Assembly (NCBI GenBank): GCA_963784905.1
Contig: CAWATP010000033.1
Span: 6,699-70,698 of the forward strand
From: an uncultured Actinomycetota bacterium
Lineage (GTDB): Bacteria > Actinomycetota > Actinomycetes > S36-B12 > UBA5976
Reading direction: 5' to 3'
DNA: 64,000 bases
The notes under the pieces were generated by a model, which did no database searches, was not told where the DNA came from, and saw nothing but the letters and a program-made list of their open reading frames with translations. Both the position numbers and the translations under genes were made by a program. Positions within the stretch are counted from its first letter, which is position 1. Each line of letters begins with the position of its first letter. Positions 34,569-45,856 of the stretch are shown one piece after another.

Positions 34569-35894
34569 ATGACGTTCCCCGAGGAATTCCGCTGGGGCGC
34601 AGCCACGGCCGCATTTCAGATCGAGGGTGCGTCAGTACTTGATGGCCGCGGCGCTTCCATCTGGGACACCTTCTGTGCGACACCGGGAAAGGTGGCATTC
34701 GGTCACACCGGTGAGGTGGCATGTGACCACTATCACCGCTACTCGGAAGACATCGCGATCATGCGCGAACTCGGCATCACGCACTACCGCATGTCATTGT
34801 CGTGGCCGCGGCTATTCCCCAATGGTGATTCGCTGCGCAATACCAAGGGCTTTGCCTTTTACGACCGGCTGATTGACGCGCTGCTCGCGGCTGGCATCGA
34901 GCCAAACGTAACGCTGTATCACTGGGACCTGCCTCAGTCGCTGGAAGACGCCGGCGGTTGGCCGACGCGAGCTGTGCTTGGTCCGTTCGAGCACTACGCC
35001 GCCGCTGTGGGCGAGTATTTCGGCGACCGAGTGAAGCGCTTCGCGCCGCACAATGAACCTGCGGTGTTCACCTATCTTGGCTACGGCAACGGCGTCCATG
35101 CGCCAGGCCGAGCAGACGAGAAGCTCTCCTTCGCTGCGGCCCATCACACGGTCGTCGCGCACAACCGGGCCATGCGTGCGCTACGTGAAACGGTGCCCAA
35201 CGCCTTGCTGGGCCCCGTGCTCGCGCATTCCGCTTTCGACGTCGATGACTACTCCGATCCGGAACAGATTGCGGCGGCCACCTATGCCGATGCATTCCGA
35301 AATGGTTTCTGGATGGATGGCATCCTGCTCGGACGTTATCCGGATGCGGTCATGCGCGATCGTGCGGCGGAACTGGACCAGCTCATCAAGCCAGGTGACC
35401 TCGATGTTGAGCCGATCGATTGGCTCGGCGTCAACTTCTACTGCAATGGGCGCATCGGACCGAAGAACGCCGAGGGTTCGCACATGCTCGACCACACGGC
35501 TCGGCACCACACGGATATTGGCTGGCCCATCACGCCCCACGGCCTGAGCACCTTGTTGCTGAAGTGGTACCGGATGTACGGCCCGCTCATTCCAGAGCTG
35601 TACGTCACTGAGAACGGATGTGCGTATAACGATGAACCCGGCGTCGACGGGCAAGTTCACGACTCACGGCGCATCGACTACCTGAAGCAGCATCTCGCCG
35701 CCGTAGAAATGGCCATCGATGGGGGAGCACCCGTCAAGGGCTATTACCAGTGGTCGCTGCTCGACAATTTCGAGTGGGCCGCGGGGTATGAGCAACGATT
35801 TGGTTTGGTGCACGTTGATTTCCAGACGCAGAAGCGAACCGTCAAGGATTCTGCACGCTGGTATGCAGAGGTCATCACCAGAAATGGGCTCTGA
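34569..35894 (+). CDS. GH1 beta-glucosidase
   Basis: FRWGAATAAFQIEGA, acid/base NEP (HNEPAVF) and nucleophile TENG (YVTENGCAY). Confidence 0.9.
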   Translation: MTFPEEFRWGAATAAFQIEGASVLDGRGASIWDTFCATPGKVAFGHTGEVACDHYHRYSEDIAIMRELGITHYRMSLSWPRLFPNGDSLRNTKGFAFYDRLIDALLAAGIEPNVTLYHWDLPQSLEDAGGWPTRAVLGPFEHYAAAVGEYFGDRVKRFAPHNEPAVFTYLGYGNGVHAPGRADEKLSFAAAHHTVVAHNRAMRALRETVPNALLGPVLAHSAFDVDDYSDPEQIAAATYADAFRNGFWMDGILLGRYPDAVMRDRAAELDQLIKPGDLDVEPIDWLGVNFYCNGRIGPKNAEGSHMLDHTARHHTDIGWPITPHGLSTLLLKWYRMYGPLIPELYVTENGCAYNDEPGVDGQVHDSRRIDYLKQHLAAVEMAIDGGAPVKGYYQWSLLDNFEWAAGYEQRFGLVHVDFQTQKRTVKDSARWYAEVITRNGL

Positions 35895-36068
35895 GTCTGA
35901 CGCCCCACCGGCGGTACCAACTGCCGTACTGCGCTTCAGAAACCACCGATCTGAGTGGAATCCGGATGCTTCGGGTACTGCCGTGGCAAGGGTGTACGGC
36001 CTGCGATCCCCGTGCGTCGATTCCGGTCGCACCTCGTTATCTGGCTTGCTTGTCGGCTTATCCCGTAG

Positions 36069-37940
<1,872 letters not shown>

Positions 37941-37941
37941 T

Positions 37942-38008
37942 TCCCGACCGTCTGCGCTGTAGGTTGAGTTATCTGCTCATTTCTCAACCTGCGGCGCAGA
38001 CGGTGCAC
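37942..38008. repeat. Composite palindromic intergenic element, copy b
   Basis: CCCGACCGTCTGCGCTGTAGGTTGAG ... CTCAACCTGCGGCGCAGACGGTGCAC, starting 2 nt after the leuA stop. Confidence 0.9.
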
Positions 38009-38014
38009 CATGAT

Positions 38015-38920
38015 TTATCGCAAGTGGCGAGCGACCAGTGCGCTAATGCCTGCTAGGCCGTCCCAGGTCACGCGAAGCACTCGATAGCCGGCGGCTCTGA
38101 GGTCGTCCTCCCGCTGCTTCTCGGCCCGAAAACTCGCTTGCTGTTCGCTGCCTGAGCTGCCGTACTTGCTCCACCCGTCAGGTTCGAGAATCAGCCGCGC
38201 CGCTCGCCACAGCATGTCGACTCGGTAATGCCTGCCGGACGCTCCATCAATCGGAATCTGCAGTTCGGGTTCCGGCAGGCCTGCCGCGAGGCATGAACCT
38301 CGCGCAGCAGACTCCAGCGCTGACTCCGATAACCCGGATGCGAAAGGGATAGACGAGCGAAGCGTCTTCGTGCCGCGCCACTGTTTCAAGTTATGAGCCA
38401 CCTGTAGGAGCTCGGATTGCGCTGCGCCTGCGCGCAATCCTCCGTCAAGAGCAATCAGTGCCGCTGGCAGCGCCAGCCCCCGTGCTAAATCCACGGCCGT
38501 CCGCGCGATCGACGTCACTCGCAGGCCGTCGATCACCACGACGTCGACAGGGAAGAGTGGAGACACAGAGATGTGAACGCCCTGACGGATAGCCGAGTTT
38601 CGCGTATCGACGGTGTACAGCCGGACTGTTCGCAGTGCTTCGACGATCGGGCGCGGCGTCGGCAGCTGGTGCGCCATGGCGGCGGATTCGTGCGCGAGCA
38701 CAAACTCGCCGCCAAGTTGTCGGGCGGTCGCGGCGGCAATCTCAAGGTGTCTTCGGGGGATGGGAAGCGCGGCAGCTGCCTCTGCGGACCAGTACAGGTC
38801 CGAGCGTATTTTGATGAGCACTCCCTCGCGCAGCAGGCGGCGGAGGACTGCGTCGCCGATATCGAGCGCCGGAGCATCGGATGACGTGAATGGTGTGGCA
38901 GGCAATTGTGGATGTTTCAT
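38015..38920 (-). CDS. AbiEi_4-like N-terminal domain plus DUF559/Vsr-like endonuclease-fold protein
   Basis: C-terminal YRVDMLW...LILEPDGWSKY...REDDLRAAGYRVLRVTW pattern is typical of DUF559. ORF is open to 39049, but that part reads through palindrome copy c. ATG 38920 is preferred. Confidence 0.6.
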   Translation of the reverse strand: MKHPQLPATPFTSSDAPALDIGDAVLRRLLREGVLIKIRSDLYWSAEAAAALPIPRRHLEIAAATARQLGGEFVLAHESAAMAHQLPTPRPIVEALRTVRLYTVDTRNSAIRQGVHISVSPLFPVDVVVIDGLRVTSIARTAVDLARGLALPAALIALDGGLRAGAAQSELLQVAHNLKQWRGTKTLRSSIPFASGLSESALESAARGSCLAAGLPEPELQIPIDGASGRHYRVDMLWRAARLILEPDGWSKYGSSGSEQQASFRAEKQREDDLRAAGYRVLRVTWDGLAGISALVARHLR

Positions 38921-39003
38921 GGTCGAACGTTTGCTCGCCGAAGGACTCGGAAACAGCCTGATGGCTGGCGATGTGCAGAGCTCGATCTCAGGTGCGCCTG
39001 TGG

Positions 39004-39072
39004 GAACGACCGTCTGCGCTTCAGGTTGAGAACTGCAGCTGAATATCAACCTGTGGCGCAGACGGTCGGGTC
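39004..39072. repeat. Composite palindromic intergenic element, copy c
   Basis: GAACGACCGTCTGCGCTTCAGGTTGAGAAC ... ATCAACCTGTGGCGCAGACGGTCGGGTC. Confidence 0.9.
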
Positions 39073-39126
39073 TCGAGGGGTGAGATGTGGAGTCCCAATA
39101 TGTGGGACGGGTAGGTGGGGGCGGCG

Positions 39127-39132
39127 TACGCT
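39127..39132 (+). promoter_or_regulatory. Candidate -10 hexamer TACGCT, 6 nt before the leuB ATG
   Basis: TANNNT-N6-ATG. No Shine-Dalgarno sequence. Confidence 0.4.
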
Positions 39133-39138
39133 TGGCTC

Positions 39139-40182
39139 ATGACGCAAAACGTGCAGCTCGCAGTAATTCCGGGTGACGGCATCGGCACCGAAGTGGTCGC
39201 TGAAGGCCTGAAGGTCCTGGATGCCATCGCCTCCACGGCAGGCATGACGTTTGAGCGCACGCATTACGACCTTGGCGCGAAGCGCTACCACGCGACTGGC
39301 GAGACCCTGCCCGACAACGTGCTCGCCGAGATCAAGCAGCAGGACGCGATCTTGCTCGGCGCCGTCGGCGATCCGAGCGTGCCGCCGGGCGTGCTCGAGC
39401 GGGGGCTATTGCTCAAGATGCGTTTCGAGCTCGACCACCACGTGAACCTGCGTCCGGTGAAGTTGTTCCCCGGCGTTGCGACGCCTCTGGCCGGCAAAGG
39501 CCCCCAACACATCGACTTCGTGGTTTGCCGTGAAGGCACAGAAGGTCCGTACGCAGGCGCCGGCGGCACTATCCGCCAGGGCACGCCGCATGAAGTTGCG
39601 GTCGAAGACTCCATCAATACCCGCTTTGGCGTCGAGCGCATCATTCGCGACGCCTTCCAGCGCGCCACCAAGCGCCACAACAAAGTCACCTTGGTGCACA
39701 AGACCAATGTGCTTGTGCATGCAGGTGGACTCTGGCAACGCACTTTCAACGACGTCGCAAAAGAATTCCCCGGTGTCACGACTGACTACTGCCACGTCGA
39801 TGCCGCATCGATGTTCTTCCTGACGCAACCCGAGCGATTCGACGTGATCGTCACGGACAATCTATTTGGCGACATCATCACCGACATTGGTGCGGCCATC
39901 GCTGGCGGCATCGGCCTCGCTGCATCCGGCAACCTCGATGTCACGCGTACCAACCCATCGATGTTTGAGCCGGTGCACGGCTCGGCTCCCGACATCGCGG
40001 GTCAGAGCAAGGCTGATCCGACGGCCACCATTCTCAGCGTCGCCATGCTGCTTGACCATCTCGGTGCAACGGCCGCATCAGCAGCGGTTGAAGCTGCGGT
40101 TGCGGCAGACCTTGCCGCTCGTGGCAATGCTCCGCGCAGCACAACGCAGGTGGGCGACGCGATCGTCGCTCGGCTCGGGTAG
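39139..40182 (+). CDS. leuB: 3-isopropylmalate dehydrogenase
   Basis: [22 protein letters not shown] and [12 protein letters not shown] is open from 39115. Confidence 0.95.
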   Translation: MTQNVQLAVIPGDGIGTEVVAEGLKVLDAIASTAGMTFERTHYDLGAKRYHATGETLPDNVLAEIKQQDAILLGAVGDPSVPPGVLERGLLLKMRFELDHHVNLRPVKLFPGVATPLAGKGPQHIDFVVCREGTEGPYAGAGGTIRQGTPHEVAVEDSINTRFGVERIIRDAFQRATKRHNKVTLVHKTNVLVHAGGLWQRTFNDVAKEFPGVTTDYCHVDAASMFFLTQPERFDVIVTDNLFGDIITDIGAAIAGGIGLAASGNLDVTRTNPSMFEPVHGSAPDIAGQSKADPTATILSVAMLLDHLGATAASAAVEAAVAADLAARGNAPRSTTQVGDAIVARLG

Positions 40183-40200
40183 CAGGGGTACGGTCGGTCC

Positions 40201-41298
40201 ATGTCGATCCGTCGCGAACTCAACGCCAACCCGCGTTCCGCTGCCGAGCGCAACGCAATCCTCGCTAACCCGGGTTTCGGTCGCTACTTCACCGATCACA
40301 TGGTGCGTATCGATTGGGATGCCGACAATGGTTGGAATGACGCACGCTTGATTCCGTATGGCCCGCTCGCGCTCGATCCGGCTACGAACGTGCTGCACTA
40401 CGGCCAAGCCATCTTCGAAGGTTTGAAGGCATACCGCCACGAAGACGGCTCCATCAAGACTTTCCGACCCGATGCCAACGCTGAGCGCTTCCAACGCAGT
40501 GCAGCACGGATGGCGATGGCCGAATTGCCATCCGACCTCTTCATCGAATCGCTCCACGCACTGGTTGACGTCGATCAGGCGTGGGTGCCTGCTGAAGCGG
40601 AAAAGTCGCTCTACCTTCGGCCCTTCATGATTTCGACTGAAATCGGGCTTGGAGTCCGCCCCTCGAACGCCTACGCGTATCTCCTCATTGCGTCGCCTGC
40701 CGGTGCCTACTTTTCCGGTGGAGTGCACCCAGTATCTGTGTGGCTCTCCACCGAATATGTCCGAGCAGCTCCTGGTGGCACGGGCGCCGCAAAGTTCGCG
40801 GGCAACTATGCGGCCTCGCTGCTTGCCCAGCAGCAAGCTGCGACCAAGGGTTGTGACCAGGTGGTGTGGCTTGATGCCATCGAGCGCCGCTGGATCGAAG
40901 AAATGGGCGGCATGAATCTGTACTTCGTCTTCGGCGAAGGTGCAGAGGCCCGCATCATGACCCCACAACTCACCGGCACGCTGCTGCCAGGCGTCACGCG
41001 CGACTCACTGCTCAAGGTCGCTGCGGACCTCGGCATTCAGGCAAGTGAAGATCGAATCTCCGTCGAGCAGTGGCGTGAAGGTGCGGCATCAGGCGCCATT
41101 TCTGAGGTGTTTGCATGTGGTACCGCGGCAGTCATCACACCCGTCGGCACCGTGAAATCGGCAGCCGGCACCTGGAGCATGGGCAACGGCGAACCCGGGC
41201 CGATAACCATGCGATTGCGCGAGACACTGCTGGGCATCCAGAGTGGCACCCTCGACGATCCCAGCAGCTGGATGCACACGCTCATTGCCGCGAAGTAG
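40201..41298 (+). CDS. ilvE: Branched-chain amino-acid aminotransferase
   Basis: FTDHMV...[13 protein letters not shown] and fold-type IV PLP motifs. 365 aa. Confidence 0.95.
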   Translation: MSIRRELNANPRSAAERNAILANPGFGRYFTDHMVRIDWDADNGWNDARLIPYGPLALDPATNVLHYGQAIFEGLKAYRHEDGSIKTFRPDANAERFQRSAARMAMAELPSDLFIESLHALVDVDQAWVPAEAEKSLYLRPFMISTEIGLGVRPSNAYAYLLIASPAGAYFSGGVHPVSVWLSTEYVRAAPGGTGAAKFAGNYAASLLAQQQAATKGCDQVVWLDAIERRWIEEMGGMNLYFVFGEGAEARIMTPQLTGTLLPGVTRDSLLKVAADLGIQASEDRISVEQWREGAASGAISEVFACGTAAVITPVGTVKSAAGTWSMGNGEPGPITMRLRETLLGIQSGTLDDPSSWMHTLIAAK

Positions 41299-41324
41299 CC
41301 TCCCGCGCCTCCCGCGCCGCCCGC
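41298..41324. repeat. 9-bp microsatellite GCCTCCCGC x3
   Basis: Copies at 41298-41306, 41307-41315 and 41316-41324 (one mismatch), directly after the ilvE stop. Confidence 0.8.
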
Positions 41325-41476
41325 GCCCTCGATCCGCGAACTGAGGTTCTAGCTCAGCATCCGGTGGAACCCGAGCCATACGCTCAGCTCGCCGGCTGGT
41401 AAGTGCATCGGCTCGCGGGATTTCGGCGCACTGTGGGGTTACACGAAGGGCGACCGTCTGGCACAATGGGCACACC

Positions 41477-41506
41477 ATGAGCACACAGGTCGTCATTATT
41501 GGATAG
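41477..41506 (+). CDS. cimA leader peptide MSTQVVIIG
   Basis: ATG AGC ACA CAG GTC GTC ATT ATT GGA TAG. Extended -10-like TGGCACAAT (41459-41467) lies 9 nt upstream. No Shine-Dalgarno sequence. The Val-Val-Ile-Ile run uses ATT codons, which I expect to be rare in a high-GC genome. Confidence 0.6.
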   Translation: MSTQVVIIG

Positions 41507-41531
41507 CGCGTTGACGAAGTAGTCAGCGCGC

Positions 41532-41560
41532 AGCCTCCGCATTGCGGGGGCTTTTCTATT
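41532..41560 (+). terminator. Attenuator terminator upstream of cimA
   Basis: AGCCTCCGC-ATT-GCGGGGGCT followed by TTTCTATT. Preceded by the GCGCGTTGAC/GTCAGCGCGC hairpin (41506-41531), which starts at the leader stop codon. Confidence 0.6.
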
Positions 41561-41595
41561 GCCCGATAACGACCACCGGAACAGCAGGAGACACC

Positions 41596-43182
41596 ATGAC
41601 CCGCCCATCTGATGACTTTCACGTCTATGACACGACGCTGCGCGACGGAGCCCAGCGCGAGGGCATTAGTTACTCGGTGGCTGACAAGCTGAAGGTGGCC
41701 AAACTGCTGGATTCCTACGGCGTCGGCTTCATCGAAGGTGGCTGGCCGGGCGCCATGCCCAAGGACACCGAGTTCTTCCAGCGGGCACGTGAAGAGATCG
41801 ACTTCCAGTACGCGCAATTGGTTGCCTTCGGTGCAACGCGCAAGGCCGGCATGAAGGTCGATGAAGACCCGCAGGTCAAGGGGCTGCTGGATTCGCTCGC
41901 GCCCGTCGTTTGCCTTGTTGCCAAGTCGTCGGTTGTGCATGTGAAAGAAGCACTCCGCACGACGAATGAGGAGAACCTCCTCATGGTCGCCGATACGGTG
42001 AAGTACTTCGTTGATAACGGTCGCCGTGTGTTCGTTGACTGCGAGCACTTCTTTGACGGTTACTTGGCCGACAAGGACTACGGCGTACGCCTGCTCGTCA
42101 CCGCATTCGAAGCCGGCGCTTCCGTTGGCGTCATGTGTGACACCAACGGCGGCATGCTCCCGAGTCGCATTTACAAGATTGTTGAAGACGTGAAGGCGCG
42201 TAGCGGCGTCCGCCTCGGCATCCACTGCCAAGACGACACAGGTTGCTCGACGGCCAACTCCATAGCCGCCATCGAAGCTGGTGTGACGCACTTCCAGGGC
42301 ACGGCCAACGGTTACGGCGAGCGCACCGGCAACGCCGACCTCTTCGCCGTGGTCGCAAATCTCGAGACAAAGATGGGTATGCAGGTGCTGCCCGAGGGCA
42401 AGCTGCGCGAGACCGTGCGCATCAGCCACGCCATCGCCGACATCGCCAACCTGCCGCCGAACACGCATCAGCCGTACGCAGGCATCTCCGCATTTGCGCA
42501 CAAGGCGGGTCTGCACGCGAGCGCGCTCAAGGTGTCAGCGCACCTCTACAACCACATGGATCCGACGTTGGTCGGCAACGACCAGCGCGTGCTCGTCACC
42601 GAAATGGCTGGACGCGCATCAGTCGAGCTCAAGGGTCGCGAGCTCGGATACGAACTCACCGATCCGGCAGCGATCACACGCGTCGTCGAGAAGGTCAAGG
42701 AGCTTGAGAACAAGGGTTGGTCGTTCGAGGCGTCAGACGCATCGTTTGAGCTGCTCGTCCTCGAGCATGGGTTCGACAAGAAGCCGAAGTACTTCGACGT
42801 CGAATCGTGGCGCGTCATCGTCGAGCAAAACGCTGATGGCTCTGTCGCTACCGAAGCCACGGTCAAGTTGCACGCCAATGGTGAGCGCGTGATTGCGACG
42901 TCCGAAGGAAATGGTCCGGTGAACGCACTGGATGCGGCACTTCGCAGCGCTGTCATCCAGACCTATCCCGAGCTCGCCAACATCGACTTGGTCGACTACA
43001 AGGTACGCATCCTTGCGGACGCGCAGGGCACTGGAGCCACCACGCGAGTGCTCGTCGGTTCACGTGACGGTGAAGAAGAGTGGACCACCGTCGGTGTTCA
43101 CGAGAATGTCATTGCGGCGTCTTGGATTGCCCTCGAAGATGCCCTTACGTTTGGCCTGTTGCGGTCGCAGGGAGGCAACTGA
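41596..43182 (+). CDS. cimA: Citramalate synthase (LeuA-related, short form with LeuA-dimer domain)
   Basis: VYDTTLRDGAQREG and HCQDDTGCSTANS. 528 aa. AGGAG Shine-Dalgarno sequence before ATG 41596. The assignment against a second isopropylmalate synthase rests on family resemblance and the Val/Ile leader. Confidence 0.75.
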   Translation: MTRPSDDFHVYDTTLRDGAQREGISYSVADKLKVAKLLDSYGVGFIEGGWPGAMPKDTEFFQRAREEIDFQYAQLVAFGATRKAGMKVDEDPQVKGLLDSLAPVVCLVAKSSVVHVKEALRTTNEENLLMVADTVKYFVDNGRRVFVDCEHFFDGYLADKDYGVRLLVTAFEAGASVGVMCDTNGGMLPSRIYKIVEDVKARSGVRLGIHCQDDTGCSTANSIAAIEAGVTHFQGTANGYGERTGNADLFAVVANLETKMGMQVLPEGKLRETVRISHAIADIANLPPNTHQPYAGISAFAHKAGLHASALKVSAHLYNHMDPTLVGNDQRVLVTEMAGRASVELKGRELGYELTDPAAITRVVEKVKELENKGWSFEASDASFELLVLEHGFDKKPKYFDVESWRVIVEQNADGSVATEATVKLHANGERVIATSEGNGPVNALDAALRSAVIQTYPELANIDLVDYKVRILADAQGTGATTRVLVGSRDGEEEWTTVGVHENVIAASWIALEDALTFGLLRSQGGN

Positions 43183-43994
43183 TGTACGTCGCTCGAGTTG
43201 CCGTTCCCGGTCATCTGTATGGCGATGGCGAAGCCGATCGTGTTGCCTACGGCGTGGTACTCGGCCTTGATGAACGCGGTATTCCGACGCCCGAAACCAC
43301 GATCGACTTGCTGAAGTCGCATCCATATGGCGAGCTGGAGAGTACGGGCGCGATCGTGCCGCTCGGGGTGGTTCGCGTGCTCTCGCCCGTGATCCCCTCG
43401 AAAGTTGTGTGCATCGGCAAGAACTATGTGGATCATGCGAAAGAGATGGGCGGCTCGCTGCCCGCCGAGCCAGTCATTTTCATCAAACCCAACACCACGG
43501 TGATCGGACCAAACGACCCGATCCAACTGCCATGGCAATCTGAGCGCGTCGATCACGAGGCCGAACTCGGTTTCATCATTTCGCGCGTTGCCCGCCACGT
43601 GCCTCGCGAAGAGGCAGCGTCGTACATCCTTGGCTACACGATCGGCAACGATGTCACCGCTCGCGACCTGCAAACACGCGACGTGCAGTGGACGCGTGCC
43701 AAGGGCTTCGACACGTTCTGCCCACTTGGACCATGGATCGTCAGCGACTTCGACGCAACCAATGCCGCCGTTAGCTGCGTTGTCGATGGTGAGGTGCGCC
43801 AGAGTGCATCGACTCGCGACATGGTGAGAGATAGCCACGAGTTGTTGGAGTTTGTCTCCTCAGTGATGACGCTGCTGCCCGGCGATGTGATTCTCACGGG
43901 CACACCCGCCGGCATTGGTCCGATCCATGACGGTCAAACCGTCACTGTGGCGATCGAGGGCCTGGGAGCGCTCACGAATCCTGTCATGGCGTAG
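43182..43994 (+). CDS. Fumarylacetoacetate hydrolase (FAH)-family protein
   Basis: [18 protein letters not shown], a DHEAELG metal-binding motif and TGTPAGIG. The start ATG overlaps the cimA TGA (TGATG). Confidence 0.85.
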   Translation: MYVARVAVPGHLYGDGEADRVAYGVVLGLDERGIPTPETTIDLLKSHPYGELESTGAIVPLGVVRVLSPVIPSKVVCIGKNYVDHAKEMGGSLPAEPVIFIKPNTTVIGPNDPIQLPWQSERVDHEAELGFIISRVARHVPREEAASYILGYTIGNDVTARDLQTRDVQWTRAKGFDTFCPLGPWIVSDFDATNAAVSCVVDGEVRQSASTRDMVRDSHELLEFVSSVMTLLPGDVILTGTPAGIGPIHDGQTVTVAIEGLGALTNPVMA

Positions 43995-44000
43995 CACCGG

Positions 44001-44006
44001 TACCCT
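44001..44006 (+). promoter_or_regulatory. Candidate -10 hexamer TACCCT, 7 nt before the gltX ATG
   Basis: TANNNT-N7-ATG. Confidence 0.4.
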
Positions 44007-44013
44007 TACGCCC

Positions 44014-45519
44014 ATGTCTGACGTCCGCGTTCGCTTTTGTCCGTCGCCCACCGGTAATCCCCATGTGGGCATGGTGCGCACCTGCCTGTTCAACTGGGCC
44101 TATGCCAAGCACACGGGCGGAACGTTTGTCTTCCGCATCGAAGACACCGACACCGCGCGTGACAGCGAGCAGTCGTACAACCAGTTGCTGGACGCCCTCC
44201 GTTGGCTCGGCATGACGTGGGACGAGGGGCCGGAGGTCGGCGGTCCACACGAGCCGTACCGGCAGAGCCAGCGCATGGATTTCTACAAGGATGTTGCGCA
44301 GCGCCTGCTTGATGGAGGCTTCGCTTACCGCTGCTACTGCACCCCTGGAGAACTCGAGGAGCAGCGCGAAGCGCAGAAAGCCGCGGGCAAGACTCCGGGT
44401 TATGGCGGTCGCTGCCGCGAACTCTCGGCAGAGCAGGCCGCCGCGCTTGCCGGCGAGGGACGCATGCCGGCGATTCGTTTTCGCATGCCAGGCACGGATT
44501 TCACTTGGGACGATGTCGTGCGGGGTCCGCTCACCTTCGCTGCGGAACATGTTCCCGATTACGTCATCGTTCGTGCCACGGGTGAGCCCCTGTATACGTT
44601 GACGAATCCTTGTGATGACGCGGACATGGAGATCACGCACGTGCTTCGCGGCGAGGACTTGCTTTCGTCCACTCCCCGTCAGATCGCGATGTACGCCGCA
44701 CTCGCGCAGATCGGTGTCGGCAACGGACGCACACCGCAGTTTGGGCACCTGCCGTACGTGATGGGCGAGGGCAACAAGAAGCTCTCCAAGCGCGACCCCG
44801 AGTCGTCACTGCAGTGGTACCGCGACGAGGGTTTCACTCCCGAAGGCCTGCTGAACTACTTGTCGCTGCTGGGCTGGTCGATCGGCGATGACCGTGACTT
44901 CTTCTCGATGGCCGAAATGGCTGAGGTCTTTGATGTGGCCGACGTGAATGCCAATCCGGCGCGTTTCGATCTCAAGAAGTGCACGGCCGTCAACGCTGCG
45001 TGGATACGAGAGCTGGCAGTCGACGACTTGGCAGCTCGCCTCGAAACCTACTTGGTTGCCGAGGGCGCCCTGCCGGAGAGGCCGAATGATGCGCAGCGTG
45101 CGCTCTTGCTCGCAGCGGTTCCGCATGTACAAGAGCGCATGGAGACGTTGCGTCAAGGCGTCGGAATGGTTGCGTTCCTCTTCGCCGCTGATGCAGGGAT
45201 CGCCTCGGACGTGACTGCGGGCACTCCCGCGTTCACGCGAGCCGACGCAGATGTGGCCGCTGTTCTTACCGACGATGCAAAGCCAGCCCTTGGTGCCGCC
45301 GCGGCAGCCCTGAGCGCACTGGACGAGTGGACACACGATTCGATCGAGGCGGCTCTGCGAGCTGCGCTTATTGAAGGTCTGGGTCTCAAGCCGAAGGTTG
45401 CGTTCGGTCCGTTGCGCGTCGCGATCTCAGGACGTCGTGTGTCGCCACCGCTGTTCGAATCACTCGAACTTCTTGGCCGCGAGCGCACCTTGTCGCGCAT
45501 CGCGTCCGCCGTCGCTTAG
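44014..45519 (+). CDS. gltX: Glutamyl-tRNA synthetase
   Basis: HIGH-type [14 protein letters not shown] and KMSKS-type KLSKR. ORF is open from 43915. Confidence 0.95.
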   Translation: MSDVRVRFCPSPTGNPHVGMVRTCLFNWAYAKHTGGTFVFRIEDTDTARDSEQSYNQLLDALRWLGMTWDEGPEVGGPHEPYRQSQRMDFYKDVAQRLLDGGFAYRCYCTPGELEEQREAQKAAGKTPGYGGRCRELSAEQAAALAGEGRMPAIRFRMPGTDFTWDDVVRGPLTFAAEHVPDYVIVRATGEPLYTLTNPCDDADMEITHVLRGEDLLSSTPRQIAMYAALAQIGVGNGRTPQFGHLPYVMGEGNKKLSKRDPESSLQWYRDEGFTPEGLLNYLSLLGWSIGDDRDFFSMAEMAEVFDVADVNANPARFDLKKCTAVNAAWIRELAVDDLAARLETYLVAEGALPERPNDAQRALLLAAVPHVQERMETLRQGVGMVAFLFAADAGIASDVTAGTPAFTRADADVAAVLTDDAKPALGAAAAALSALDEWTHDSIEAALRAALIEGLGLKPKVAFGPLRVAISGRRVSPPLFESLELLGRERTLSRIASAVA

Positions 45520-45605
45520 CGCGGTCTGCGCGCCGCTTCGGTTTGGGCGTTCCCTGCGGGTTTCGCTATGCTCCGGCATCGTGTTCACTTCGTGAGAAGC
45601 GACCA

Positions 45606-45677
45606 TGGGGTATGGGGTAATTGGCAGCCCAACTGATTCTGGTTCAGTTAGTCTAGGTTCGAGTCCTGGTACCCCAG
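45606..45677 (+). tRNA. tRNA-Gln (anticodon CTG)
   Basis: Hand-folded cloverleaf. Acceptor TGGGGTA/TACCCCA, anticodon arm ACTGA-TTCTGGT-TCAGT, T-loop TTCGAGT. CCA is not encoded. Confidence 0.9.
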
Positions 45678-45734
45678 CGGTTCACCATTTGCGGTGATCC
45701 CGGCCGATGCAGGTGCCAATCTGCATCCCACAAC

Positions 45735-45807
45735 GGCCCCGTTGTGTAGTGGCCTAGCACGCTGCCCTCTCAAGGCGGTAGCGCGGGTTCGAATCCCGTC
45801 GGGGCTA
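45735..45807 (+). tRNA. tRNA-Glu (anticodon CTC)
   Basis: Hand-folded cloverleaf. Acceptor GGCCCCG/CGGGGCT, anticodon arm CTGCC-CTCTCAA-GGCGG, T-loop TTCGAAT. Confidence 0.9.
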
Positions 45808-45856
45808 CGGTTCGGCGGTTCTTCCTCTCCACAGGAAGGGCCGCCGATTCCACATT

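Noticed and set aside
38015-38920. Type IV toxin-antitoxin (AbiE) system
   Set aside because: Only an AbiEi-like/DUF559 protein is present. No AbiEii nucleotidyltransferase partner exists in the window, and such solo genes are common paralogues in actinobacteria.
41450-41460. CGACCGTCTG upstream of the cimA leader as a fourth copy of the palindromic element
   Set aside because: Only 10 nt of one arm match. There is no AGGTTGA inner helix and no opposing arm, so this is probably chance or a very old remnant.
41089-42516. Long antisense ORFs: 41089..42516(-) 475 aa, 40078..40968(-) 296 aa, 35664..36608(-) 314 aa, 28358..29338(-) 326 aa, 3630..4769(-) 379 aa, 7038..7910(-) 290 aa
   Set aside because: Each lies opposite a confidently identified gene or a stop-free repeat. 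Their Arg/Ala/Gly/His-rich shadow composition is typical of high-GC genomes, and none shows a recognisable motif.
44001-44013. T-box or other leader upstream of gltX
   Set aside because: Only 19 nt separate the FAH stop from the gltX start. That leaves room for a -10 hexamer but not for a riboswitch.
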